64,000 nt of DNA. It comes from Clostridia bacterium. GTDB lineage: Bacteria > Bacillota > Clostridia > TANB77 > CAG-508. The notes beneath the pieces are model-generated. The model saw only the letters and a program-made list of their open reading frames with translations. It was not told the DNA's origin and made no database searches. Every line of letters starts with the position of its first letter. Positions within the stretch are counted from its first letter, which is position 1. A program made the translations under genes and the position numbers. Location: the NCBI GenBank assembly GCA_017528375.1, contig JAFXOY010000160.1, forward strand, positions 37,398 through 101,397. The letters run 5' to 3'. This document shows, piece after piece, positions 1-8,828 of the stretch.

Positions 1-179
1 GCTTCGTTTACTGAAACTACTTGTTCTCCATTATAATATCCGCAACTTGGGCAAGCTCTATGTTGCATCATCATTTCATGACAGTGTGGGCATTCAACTA
101 AGTTTTTAGCTTTTAATTGCCATGTAGATCTTTTTAAATGTGTTCTAGCTTTTGACCATCTTCTTTTTGGTTGTGCCAT
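1..179 (-). CDS. rpmF: 50S ribosomal protein L32 (3' end beyond window edge)
   Basis: Own translation of the minus strand from ATG at 179 gives MAQPKRRWSKARTHLKRSTWQLKAKNLVECPHCHEMMMQHRACPSCGYYNGEQVV... This carries the L32 N-terminal signature plus a CxxC..CxxC zinc ribbon. AAGGAGGG SD upstream. Absent from the ORF track because it is truncated by the window edge. Confidence 0.9.
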   Translation of the reverse strand, partial: MAQPKRRWSKARTHLKRSTWQLKAKNLVECPHCHEMMMQHRACPSCGYYNGEQVVSVNE

Positions 180-256
180 TGTTATTCCCTCCTTATGTCC
201 ATAGAATTGTATATTTCTATATAATTAATTTATACCTTTTTTAATGTCACTTTAAA

Positions 257-285
257 ATTATACTAGGGTTTGACAAATTTGTCAA
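257..285 (-). promoter_or_regulatory. sigma-A type promoter upstream of rpmF
   Basis: Minus strand TTGACA (285-280), 17 nt, TATAAT (262-257), about 70 nt upstream of the rpmF ATG. The -35 lies inside a perfect 16-nt palindrome TTGACAAATTTGTCAA (270-285). Confidence 0.6.
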
Positions 286-304
286 TAGTTGTATTGGATT
301 TTTT

Positions 305-1201
305 TTATTTACTTGTTACCGCTTCTTTTTTCTTTTTCTCTTCTGGCTTTTTGTTATATTTATCATATATTTTGCCTACTTTTCCAATACTTTCAATTAA
401 CTCACTGTATTCAATATCTTTTGCATAAAAATATGTTTTTTGATATACTTTCCATCTTTTTTGCATATCTTCATCATCACGTAATAATTCTAAAGATTTC
501 TTCCAATCATGTATTAAGTCTAAAGACTCTCTGTGTTCTGATGTCAGGTTAATTGCAACTGTTAAAAGCTTTTTATTTATTTTCTCGTCTTGAGTGTTTA
601 TAAGCATATATACATCATAAAAATCCCTTATTCTTGTTCCGGTTATACCTCTTTTTATAACTGCTTCAAACTTTTCTGCTAAAATTGTTTCTAGGTTATA
701 TGACCATACTGGAATTTTTCTGTCTTCTAACATTAAATTATAATCATATTCTATTTCTTTATATGTAATTGCATCACCCGTTGTAATATCTATTTTAAAT
801 ATTACTGGCATTGCATTTTTGAATTTAGCTTCAAATGTTGCTCTGTATCCGTTGTAATCATCATCTTCACGAATTAATTCTATTTTATTCATTTTGAATG
901 TAATATCATCATCTAATTGAATAGCACATATTTCTTCTAAAATCTTTGTTGCATTTTCTTTGGTTAGCTCAAAACCTTTTACAGTTGTATCCATATCCAT
1001 TGTCGATCTACTAGACATTCCGAGAATCGCTGAAATTAGCATTCCTCCTTTTAAAATAAAGTTATCCTTATATGGTGATAACGCTATTCTTTCTAATAAT
1101 CTTTCTAACATATATACTTGTAAAACTGATTGTGGTGCTACTTTTTTCTCCTTTGATAGATTGTTGATTTTTGCTTTAAAACTCATTACGTTTCCTTGCA
1201 T
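305..1201 (-). CDS. AbiEii/AbiGii-family nucleotidyltransferase toxin (type IV TA)
   Basis: 298-aa ORF. The N-terminus (SFKAKINNLSKEKKVAPQSVLQVYMLERLLERIALSPYKDNFILKGG) matches my memory of the DUF1814/AbiEii family. GGAGG lies 7 nt upstream of ATG 1201. The gene sits immediately downstream of an AbiEi-like gene. Confidence 0.75.
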   Translation of the reverse strand: MQGNVMSFKAKINNLSKEKKVAPQSVLQVYMLERLLERIALSPYKDNFILKGGMLISAILGMSSRSTMDMDTTVKGFELTKENATKILEEICAIQLDDDITFKMNKIELIREDDDYNGYRATFEAKFKNAMPVIFKIDITTGDAITYKEIEYDYNLMLEDRKIPVWSYNLETILAEKFEAVIKRGITGTRIRDFYDVYMLINTQDEKINKKLLTVAINLTSEHRESLDLIHDWKKSLELLRDDEDMQKRWKVYQKTYFYAKDIEYSELIESIGKVGKIYDKYNKKPEEKKKKEAVTSK

Positions 1202-1278
1202 ATTTTTTCCTCCGTTTATATTACGTCTTTTGTTATGACATCATTATATAATAAATGACAAAAATTGCAACAGAATAT

Positions 1279-1309
1279 AAAAAATGTTGGGATATTTTTT
1301 ATCCCAACA
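1279..1309 (-). terminator. intrinsic terminator-like hairpin between abiEi and abiEii
   Basis: Minus strand reads GTGTTGGGAT-AAAAAAT-ATCCCAACA followed by TTTTTT. It overlaps the abiEi stop codon (1299-1301) and lies 78 nt upstream of the abiEii start. Confidence 0.55.
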
Positions 1310-1883
1310 CTTCTAAATACATCTTTAATATCTTCAAAATATTAAACTCTTTGGCATACTCATATAATAAATTTAAGTTTTTATCATTACGTTTTATATA
1401 TTCGTTTAATGCAGTATTAAATATTTGTGAATCTATTTTATTTCTATCTCTGATGATATCACATATAGTTCTTTCCATATTATAGATTCTGATTGTTGTT
1501 CCATCTTCTAATTCTTTCGTGATTAAACCTAATTCTAATTTATCTTTTGAAATATAATGAGTTTTTATCATATCATTTGAAATACGTACATTACTTGGGA
1601 ATGTCATATCTAATTCAAATGGAGTTCTGTCTGTTAAATCATAAAAATATAGTGCAGTATTATGGGAAAATATACCAGATTTATACTGTTCGCCCATAAT
1701 ATAATATTCATTTATATCTTTATCAGGTCTAACATACATACCTCTTGATACTTTAACTACATAACCATCATCAACCAATTGTTTTAAGTACTGTCTATGA
1801 ATATTGTTTTCTTCTAGCATTTTTGTTGTAAGTATACCATTATTCTTTTCAACTATTTTTTTAATCATATCTGTTTTTACCAT
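1299..1883 (-). CDS. AbiEi-family antitoxin / transcriptional regulator (type IV TA)
   Basis: ORF-track ORF 1299..1946. I prefer the internal ATG at 1883 (MVKTDMIKKIVEKNNGILTTKMLEENNIHRQYLKQLVDDGYVVKVSRGMYV...) because GGAGGTGAG precedes it. N-terminal winged-helix-like region plus a C-terminal domain, as in AbiEi. Confidence 0.7.
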   Translation of the reverse strand: MVKTDMIKKIVEKNNGILTTKMLEENNIHRQYLKQLVDDGYVVKVSRGMYVRPDKDINEYYIMGEQYKSGIFSHNTALYFYDLTDRTPFELDMTFPSNVRISNDMIKTHYISKDKLELGLITKELEDGTTIRIYNMERTICDIIRDRNKIDSQIFNTALNEYIKRNDKNLNLLYEYAKEFNILKILKMYLEVLG

Positions 1884-1927
1884 AATACTCACCTCCTTTT
1901 TTGACTTTGAAATACATTTTGTTTTTG

Positions 1928-1992
1928 ATATGTATTTATTTGTCATTTGACTTTCTAATACATATTATACACCATATGTATTTGTTTGTCAA
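1928..1992 (-). promoter_or_regulatory. abiE promoter with two 18-nt direct repeats (candidate AbiEi operators)
   Basis: Minus strand TTGACA (1992-1987), 17 nt, TATAAT (1969-1964). ATATGTATTTATTTGTCA (1928-1945) and ATATGTATTTGTTTGTCA (1974-1991) are 17/18 identical and 46 bp apart. One overlaps the -35 and the other lies in the leader. Confidence 0.6.
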
Positions 1993-2060
1993 GTTCAAGT
2001 AATATTTTCCATACTAATTATATTCAGAAGAATTTGATTCTATTCATTGTTTAATGAAAA

Positions 2061-2093
2061 TAACACAAAATGAGTCCGTCCCCATATGTGTCA
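2061..2093. repeat. family A repeat, single 33-nt unit (reverse orientation)
   Basis: TAACACAAAATGAGTCCGTCCCCATATGTGTCA is the reverse complement of the family A consensus, with 2-3 mismatches. It creates the spurious N-terminal extension MKITQNESVPICV of ORF 2054..2338. Confidence 0.85.
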
Positions 2094-2134
2094 TTTTTAT
2101 ACTTTTTGCATATACTAAAACTGGAGGTATTTAT

Positions 2135-3983
2135 ATGTGTGGAATAGTAGGTTTTGTTAACTTAACAAAAGATATATCAAACAGTAAAAATGTTATAACA
2201 ACGATGAATGAATCTATAAAAAAAAGAGGACCAGATGAAGATGGCTATTATTATAGTAAACATGCTGTATTTGGACATAAAAGACTTATTGTTATAGATC
2301 CAGAACGGTGGAAAACAGCCAATGTCTGTGAAATATAACAATTGTACTTATTCTATCGTTTATAATGGACAGTTATATAATACTAATGAATTGCGAGAGG
2401 AATTAAGAGAAAACGGATTTGAATTTGAAACATATTCTGATACTGAAGTCTTACTTAAAAGCTATATTTTATGGGGTTATGAAGTTGTAAACAAACTAAA
2501 TGGAATTTATGGTTTTGCAATTTGGAATGATGCAAAACAGGAATTGTTTGTTGCTCGTGATCATTTTGGCGTTAAGCCCTTTTATTATACTTTAAATAAT
2601 AATAATTTTGTATTTGCATCTGAAATAAAAGCTATATTGAAATTCCCAGGTGTTGCTTCAAAATTAGATAAGCAAGGAATTTGTGAGTTGTTTGGACTTG
2701 GTCCTGCTCATACTCCTGGAACTGTTGCTTTTAAGGATATCTACGAATTAAAGCCTGGACATTTTGGCATTTATAATTCAAGTGGATTGCATACTGAAAA
2801 ATATTGGTCCTTGGTAAGCAAGCACCATGAAGATAGCTTAAAAACAACCTGTGAGAAAACTAGATTCTTGCTAGAAGATTCTATTCGAAGACAGCTTGTT
2901 TCTGATGTTCCTTTATGTACATTCTTATCTGGCGGATTAGATTCCAGCATCATAACTTTATATGCTGCTAATTATTGCAAAGATAAAAATTTAGACAATT
3001 TAACCACATACTCTGTAGATTACAAAGATAATGATAAAAATTTCGTTAAAACGGATTTTCAGCCAAATTCTGACAATTATTATATTGACATTATGAAAAA
3101 TAAACTAGGAACTAATCATAAAGTTGTTATGCTTGATACACCAGAATTAGCGACTGCATTAAAAGACGCTATGATCGCAAGAGATTTGCCTGGTATGGCA
3201 GATGTTGATTCTTCTTTGTTATTGTTCTGTCAAAATGTTAAACCTGAGGCTACTGTTTCTTTGACAGGAGAATGTTCTGATGAAATTTTTGGTGGATATC
3301 CTTGGTTCTTCAGAGAAGATGCTTTGAATAGCGGAACTTTCCCATGGTCAATTGCTTTATCTGAAAGACAGCAGTTATTAAATCCTGTAATTAGCAAACA
3401 AGTAAATTTAAAAGAATATATTGATTATAGATATTATGAAAGTTTGAGAGATGTTCAAATTTTAGACGAAGATTCGATGGAGACAGCTGAAAAAAGAAAA
3501 ATATCACATTTGACAATGAACTGGTTCATGCAAACATTGTTAGATCGCTCAGATAGAATGGCTATGTATAACGGTTTCGAATTACGTGTTCCATTCTGTG
3601 ATTATCGTCTAGCTGAATATGTATGGAATATTCCATGGGAAATGAAAGCATTGAATGGACGCGAAAAGGGATTATTACGTTATATTATGAAAGATTTATT
3701 GCCAGAAGAAATTGTAGACCGTAAAAAAAGTCCGTATCCTAAGACATGGAACCCTACTTATTTGGCTACTGTTAAACAAATGCTTACTAAAATTATGGTT
3801 GATAAAAATGCTCCTATTAATAATTTGCTTAATAGAGAATATATTTTGGAGATACTTGCAACTGATGGTAAGGCTTTTTCTAGACCATGGTTTGGTCAAT
3901 TAATGACTGGACCACAACTTATGGCTTATTTGTGCCAGGTTAATATGTGGCTTGAGAAATATCAACCTGTTATTGAAATTTAA
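2135..3983 (+). pseudogene. asnB: asparagine synthase (glutamine-hydrolysing), frame broken near 2306
   Basis: GGAGG (2123-2127) then ATG 2135 gives MCGIVGF (catalytic Cys2) ... HKRLIVIDPE. The zero frame then hits a stop at 2336. The +1 frame continues (N)GGKQPMSVKYNNCTYSIVYNGQLYN... to 3983, with the SGGLDSS PP-loop present. ORF-track ORFs 2054..2338 and 2322..3983 are the two halves. Confidence 0.85.
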
Positions 3984-3984
3984 A

Positions 3985-4023
3985 TGCACAGTTGAGGACG
4001 CGTCCTCAACTGTGCATTTTTTT
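3985..4023. terminator. bidirectional terminator formed by a single family B-like palindrome
   Basis: Perfect 32-nt palindrome TGCACAGTTGAGGACGCGTCCTCAACTGTGCA (3985-4016) followed by a T-run. It lies between the convergent asnB (stop 3981-3983) and the minus gene ending at 4022. It equals the family B unit with a paired G->A / C->T change. Confidence 0.8.
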
Positions 4024-4513
4024 ATCCTATTATTGCTCCTGCAGCTCCAAATACTCCAGCTGCTGCTAATCCCATAATAATTCCTGCTAGAATAACTCCA
4101 GCCATAACTGCAACCATGCTTTTCTTGAAATCCATATCTAAAAAGCTTGCTGCAAGTGTTCCTGTCCACGCCCCTGTTCCAGGTAGTGGAATACCTACAA
4201 ATAAGAATAACGCGAAATATAAACCTCTTCCTGCTTTTTCTTGCAATTTTTTTCCGCCTTTTTCTCCTTTTTCATAACAGAAATTAAAGAATTTTCCTAT
4301 AAATTTTTTGTCTTTACCCCATATTAATACCTTTCTCGCAAAGAAAAATATTAATGGCATAGGAACCATGTTTCCTAATATACAAATAATGTAAAGTGGC
4401 ACTGTTGGAAGTGGTTCTCCAAGCCATGGGCTTAACCCTAATGGCACTGCACCTCTAAGTTCTATCAATGGTACCATTGATACTAAAAAAACTAATATAT
4501 ACTTTAATAACAT
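4022..4513 (-). CDS. small multidrug-export-like membrane protein (COG2426 type)
   Basis: 163-aa polytopic ORF containing PLIELRGAVPLG and GIPLPGTGAWTGTLAA motifs, which I associate with the Sm_multidrug_ex family. Confidence 0.6.
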   Translation of the reverse strand: MLLKYILVFLVSMVPLIELRGAVPLGLSPWLGEPLPTVPLYIICILGNMVPMPLIFFFARKVLIWGKDKKFIGKFFNFCYEKGEKGGKKLQEKAGRGLYFALFLFVGIPLPGTGAWTGTLAASFLDMDFKKSMVAVMAGVILAGIIMGLAAAGVFGAAGAIIG

Positions 4514-4556
4514 CTAATTCTCTCCTTTTCATTCGAATCTTTTTTTAAGCTAAGAG

Positions 4557-4573
4557 TGTCCCAAAATGTGTCA
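4557..4573. repeat. family A remnant (two 7-mers, core missing)
   Basis: TGTCCCAAAATGTGTCA contains the two terminal heptamers of a unit without the GGGGACGGACTC core. It lies 4 nt from the stop codon of the gene at 4577. Confidence 0.5.
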
Positions 4574-4576
4574 AAA

Positions 4577-5071
4577 TTATAAATCAAGCTTAATTTCTAA
4601 ATTTTTTTCATCATATTTTCTATATTTAACGCCACAATAATCAAGCATTTTCTTTGATACAACATTTCCTTCTGTACCATTATATTTATCTGACTTGTAA
4701 ATTATTTCTTTAATTCCAGATTGAATAATTGCTTTAGCACATTCATTACATGGAAATAAATCAACATATATTCTTGCTCCCTCTAATTTTGAGCCCTTAT
4801 TATTCAAAATTGCATTTAATTCTGCATGGCAAACATATGCATATTTAGTATTAATGAAATCTCCTTCTCTATCCCATGGCATATGCTCATCATCATATCC
4901 GTTTGGTGCTCCATTATATCCTAATGATAAGATTTTATTGTCTTGGCTTACAATACACGCTCCAACTTGTGTGTTTGGATCTTTACTTCTTTGAGCTGAA
5001 AGCATTGCTACTCCCATAAAATATGTATCCCAGCCTATATAGTCTTCTCTCTTTTTTTGCATTGAATTCAC
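4577..5071 (-). CDS. dCMP deaminase (ComEB-type cytidine/deoxycytidylate deaminase)
   Basis: 164 aa with the zinc-binding motifs HAELNAI and PCNECAK. Confidence 0.85.
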   Translation of the reverse strand: MNSMQKKREDYIGWDTYFMGVAMLSAQRSKDPNTQVGACIVSQDNKILSLGYNGAPNGYDDEHMPWDREGDFINTKYAYVCHAELNAILNNKGSKLEGARIYVDLFPCNECAKAIIQSGIKEIIYKSDKYNGTEGNVVSKKMLDYCGVKYRKYDEKNLEIKLDL

Positions 5072-5140
5072 TCCTCTTTTTTGGTCTTAAAGTATTATAT
5101 TATTTTTTTTATTTATTGTAAATATCCCTGTAAACATAAT

Positions 5141-5177
5141 AAAAGCCTAAATTATATTTTTTATAATTCAGGCTTTT
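5141..5177 (-). terminator. intrinsic terminator
   Basis: AAAAGCCTAAATTATA-TTTTT-TATAATTCAGGCTTTT, with one mismatch in the stem. On the minus strand a T-rich tract follows. It lies downstream of the small CDS 5204..5365. Confidence 0.6.
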
Positions 5178-5203
5178 ACTTTTATAGCTTATAAGTATTT
5201 TAA

Positions 5204-5365
5204 TTAATTTCTTCCGCAACATCCACAATTAGTAAATAATAGTAAGAAAACAATAATAAAGAATAATATTTCGCTATTGCAACATCCATCTCCACCGAAT
5301 ATTCCTCCTAAGATTCCATTATTGTTTCCGCATCCACATCCGCAATTTCTTCCTTCTTCTGGCAT
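5204..5365 (-). CDS. 53-aa Cys/Gly-rich tiny membrane protein (YjcZ-like sporulation-peptide type, tentative)
   Basis: Not in the ORF track (under 60 aa). AGGAGG sits 9 nt upstream of ATG 5365. Codon-by-codon translation: MPEEGRNCGCGCGNNNGILGGIFGGDGCCNSEILFFIIVFLLLFTNCGCCGRN. It has its own terminator. Confidence 0.55.
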   Translation of the reverse strand: MPEEGRNCGCGCGNNNGILGGIFGGDGCCNSEILFFIIVFLLLFTNCGCCGRN

Positions 5366-5444
5366 ATTCCTCTACCTCCTTTATATTTTATATGATATAG
5401 TATGCAAATTCGAAAAAATATGTTACAATAGTATGTAAATTAAA

Positions 5445-5582
5445 TGACACATTTGGGGACGGACTCATTTTGGGTCAAAAATGGCACAAAAAGGGACGGT
5501 CTTTAAATTTCACTCTAAATACTAAAAGTGTCCCCAAATGTGTCAAAAATGTCCCAAAATGAGTCCGTCCCCAAATGTGTCA
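5445..5582. repeat. family A composite element (inverted terminal units, about 138 nt)
   Basis: The left end TGACACATTTGGGGACGGACTCATTTTGGG and right end CCCAAAATGAGTCCGTCCCCAAATGTGTCA form a perfect 30-nt inverted repeat. Degenerate units (GGGACGGTCTT, GTCCCCAAATGTGTCA) lie between them. The element ends 22 nt before the U32 start codon. Confidence 0.9.
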
Positions 5583-5604
5583 CAATGGACAAAAGGAGCA
5601 AAAA

Positions 5605-8052
5605 ATGAATAAAATTGAACTATTGTCGCCTGTTGGTGATTTTGATTGTTTAAAGGCTGCTGTTCAATCAGGAGCAGATTGCGTGTATTTTGGTGGTGAA
5701 CTTTTCAACGCTAGGGCCTCTGCTAATAATTTCAGTGATGATGAATTAAAGCACGCTATTGAATATGCAAAAATTAGGAATGTTAAAACTAATTTAACTT
5801 TAAACATTTTAATTAAAAATGATGAATTTGAAAATGCTATTGAACTTGCAAAAAAAGCTTATGAATATGGCATAGATGCAATTATTGTTCAAGATTTAGG
5901 CTTAGCTAAAAAGCTTATCAAGCTTTTCCCTGATTTACCTATTCATGCCAGTACTCAAATGACTGTACATAATTTAGATGGTGTTTTAGAAGCTGAAAAA
6001 CTTGGATTTAAAAGAGTTGTTCTTTCAAGAGAATTATCTATTGAAGAAATTAAATATATTTGTGACAATTCGAATATTGAAATTGAAGTATTTGTTCATG
6101 GAGCTTTGTGTATGAGCTATTCTGGGCAATGTTTACTTTCAAGCATGATTGGTGCTCGTTCTGGTAATCGTGGAAAATGTGCTCAGCCTTGTAGATTACC
6201 ATATGAATTGATTCGTAAATCTATTGAATCAAGCGATAATAATGACCAATCTGTTACCCTTGACAAAGGACATTTACTAAGTCCGAAGGATTTATGTTCT
6301 TTAGACCTACTTCCTACTCTTGTTAACTTAGGAATCACATGTTTTAAAATTGAAGGAAGATTAAAAAATCCTGAATATGTGTCAACTGTAACCAGAATTT
6401 ATAGGAAATATATTGATTTAGCTCAATCTGGCGAACCTTACATCATAGAGGATAAAGATAGAAAAGATTTGTTACAAGTGTTTAACAGAGGTGGTTTCTC
6501 TTCAGGATATTTAGAAGGAAAACCAAACACAGAATTTGTGTCTAAAGCTAAACCCAATAATATGGGATTATTCCTAGGAACAGTACATAATTTTAACGAC
6601 AATAAAGGATACATTACTTTTAAATTGGAAGACGATATATCAATTGGTGATTCTGTTAGTCTTGAAAAAGAAAAAGGATTGTATACTATTTCTGAATTAA
6701 TGATTAATAATCAAAATGTTCCAAGTGCTAAAAAAGGCGATATTGTCAAGATTGGTAGAATTAAGGGACGTATTTCTGTTAATGATAAAATTTTTAAAAT
6801 AAGCTCTAAAGAATTAAACAATCTAACTGATGAATATTTAAAAGATGAAAAGAAAAAATCTAAATTGAATTGTAAAATCAGCATTCACAAAAATGAACCA
6901 ATAAGTATGAACATATATACTGATTCTTCTAATTCATCAGAATTATATAACAACATTAATTTTACAATAACATCAGACTTGATACCCGTTGATTCAATCA
7001 ACTCCCCTATCACATCAGAAAGAATTACAGATCAAATTAACAAATTAGGTGGAACACCATTTGAATTTAGAAAAATTAATGTTGATTTAGATGATAATTT
7101 ATATGTACCAAGTATTAGCAAATTAAATCAATTGCGTAGAGATTGCATAGCTAAGCTAGAAGAAATTTTATTTGATAGAATTCATCGAAAAACTAATGTT
7201 GATAGTACATCTTTTGGCAACCAATTAATTGAAAATAAAGAAACTCAAGCAAAAGATTTCGCTATTTTATTAAATAACCTAAATTTAACTTTTGATTATT
7301 CAAAAATTAGTAATATTGATAAAATATATATTCCATTGAAATATTTTGCCGACCAAAGTTATGTTGATAAAATTAGAGAAATAGCTGGAGTTGCTAGAAC
7401 ATTTATCTATATGCCATCAATTATGAAAGATTCAGTTGTTAATAATCTTAAATCACATATTGACAGTATTTTAAAAACATTTGATATTAAAGGATTTGTT
7501 ATTTCAAACATATCACATATTAATATTTTGAAAGATTATTTTAACAAATATGAAATAATAGCAAATTATACAATGAATGTTTACAATAATTATACTATTA
7601 CTGAATTAGAAAATTTAGGTATTAATACTATCACCCTATCTCCTGAATTAGATAAAGTAACACTAAACTCATTTAATTCTACTGTAAAAACAGAAGCTAT
7701 AATATATGGTAATTTGCCAGTTATGACTACAAATTACTGTCTTCTTTCAAGAAGTAACTATTGCTTAGATAAATGCAAAAATAATTGTGGAAATTCAAAT
7801 CAGGCTTATTATTTGAAAGACAGAATGAATATGGAATTCAAAGTATCTCCTGATTCTTTTACTAAAACTACTATAATTTATAATAGCAAAAAAACAAGTA
7901 TTAGTATTAATGAAATAAATACTGATTCTGTAAGATTAGATTTTAATGACGAAACTATGGATGAAATCATTTCTATTATAGATACATTTAAAAATGGTGG
8001 AATTCTTGAAGGCAAAAATTTTACTAACGGAAATTTTAAAAGAATCGTTTAA
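5605..8052 (+). CDS. U32-family peptidase (collagenase-like, long form)
   Basis: AAGGAG then ATG 5605 gives MNKIELLSPVGDFDCLKAAVQSGADCVYFGG..., with E..GALC.SYSGQC and CAQPCR motifs. The ORF-track start at 5575 lies inside the repeat and is rejected. Confidence 0.85.
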   Translation: MNKIELLSPVGDFDCLKAAVQSGADCVYFGGELFNARASANNFSDDELKHAIEYAKIRNVKTNLTLNILIKNDEFENAIELAKKAYEYGIDAIIVQDLGLAKKLIKLFPDLPIHASTQMTVHNLDGVLEAEKLGFKRVVLSRELSIEEIKYICDNSNIEIEVFVHGALCMSYSGQCLLSSMIGARSGNRGKCAQPCRLPYELIRKSIESSDNNDQSVTLDKGHLLSPKDLCSLDLLPTLVNLGITCFKIEGRLKNPEYVSTVTRIYRKYIDLAQSGEPYIIEDKDRKDLLQVFNRGGFSSGYLEGKPNTEFVSKAKPNNMGLFLGTVHNFNDNKGYITFKLEDDISIGDSVSLEKEKGLYTISELMINNQNVPSAKKGDIVKIGRIKGRISVNDKIFKISSKELNNLTDEYLKDEKKKSKLNCKISIHKNEPISMNIYTDSSNSSELYNNINFTITSDLIPVDSINSPITSERITDQINKLGGTPFEFRKINVDLDDNLYVPSISKLNQLRRDCIAKLEEILFDRIHRKTNVDSTSFGNQLIENKETQAKDFAILLNNLNLTFDYSKISNIDKIYIPLKYFADQSYVDKIREIAGVARTFIYMPSIMKDSVVNNLKSHIDSILKTFDIKGFVISNISHINILKDYFNKYEIIANYTMNVYNNYTITELENLGINTITLSPELDKVTLNSFNSTVKTEAIIYGNLPVMTTNYCLLSRSNYCLDKCKNNCGNSNQAYYLKDRMNMEFKVSPDSFTKTTIIYNSKKTSISINEINTDSVRLDFNDETMDEIISIIDTFKNGGILEGKNFTNGNFKRIV

Positions 8053-8074
8053 AAAGAAGAATGCAAGTGAATTA

Positions 8075-8356
8075 TCACTTGCATTCTTCTATGAGATCAT
8101 GAAGCTGTTTCCACTGTGGATTTCCGCTTCTTTTAATAAACCTCTGAGAAATGAAACTTGCATCAGCGATTTTTGTAGGATCTTTGCAGAGGATCTCAAG
8201 ATTTGAAAGTAAATCTTTTGCCTCTTTAAGTGTCAGCGGACACATATCGATCAAACAAGATTCAGCATGTGCATTTTCACTTTGCTCAATTGCGTCTCTT
8301 ACCTCCGGTATTAAGTCAATTGCTATTTTCCTCGCCATAATTAACCGAATGTTCAT
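8075..8356 (-). CDS. hypothetical protein (93 aa)
   Basis: ORF with GGGGG SD 9 nt upstream. It has its own TTGACC-17-TGGTATAAT promoter (8392-8420, minus strand). It is visibly more GC-rich than its neighbours. No family recognised. Confidence 0.5.
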   Translation of the reverse strand: MNIRLIMARKIAIDLIPEVRDAIEQSENAHAESCLIDMCPLTLKEAKDLLSNLEILCKDPTKIADASFISQRFIKRSGNPQWKQLHDLIEECK

Positions 8357-8453
8357 TAATATTTCCCCCTTTAGGTTTATTGATAATTAATATTATACCA
8401 CAAATACTATTTCAGGTCAATTAATAAATAAAAACATTTAGATTTTTGTAAAC

Positions 8454-8494
8454 AAAAAAAGCAGATACTAGGTCCAATTAGTATCTGCTTTTTT
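8454..8494. terminator. bidirectional intrinsic terminator
   Basis: AAAAAAA-GCAGATACTA-ggtccaat-TAGTATCTGC-TTTTTT. Confidence 0.7.
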
Positions 8495-8571
8495 ATTTTT
8501 ATTTATAAAGATTTAACATTGTTCTATAAAAATAGGTAGTAGCTTAACTTTAGTGTCCTTCTCTCCTTAAT

Positions 8572-8676
8572 TTAAGATTTTTTTCCCTTATCCTGAGTAT
8601 CTGTTTTATCAGCCTTTACTAAAACAACAATAGTTACAATTAAAGCTAACACGCCGACAATTTGAAGAATAATCAT
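8572..8676 (-). CDS. 34-aa small membrane peptide
   Basis: Not in the ORF track. GGAGG 8 nt upstream of ATG 8676. Codon-by-codon translation: MIILQIVGVLALIVTIVVLVKADKTDTQDKGKKS, a hydrophobic helix with a charged tail. It has its own promoter and a leader of about 110 nt. Confidence 0.5.
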   Translation of the reverse strand: MIILQIVGVLALIVTIVVLVKADKTDTQDKGKKS

Positions 8677-8792
8677 AAGATAGCCTCCTACAAAATAGTT
8701 TGGACCTTAATTATTTGAGATTATTTTTATGTGTAACTGACCTACACATATTTATGATATATAAAACTGGTACTTGACCAGGACATATGCTC

Positions 8793-8821
8793 ATTATACC
8801 ATATATTTACATAAAATGCAA
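8793..8821 (-). promoter_or_regulatory. sigma-A type promoter for the 34-aa peptide gene
   Basis: Minus strand TTGCAT (8821-8816), 17 nt, TATAAT (8798-8793), with a TGG extended -10. Confidence 0.55.
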
Positions 8822-8828
8822 CTATGTT

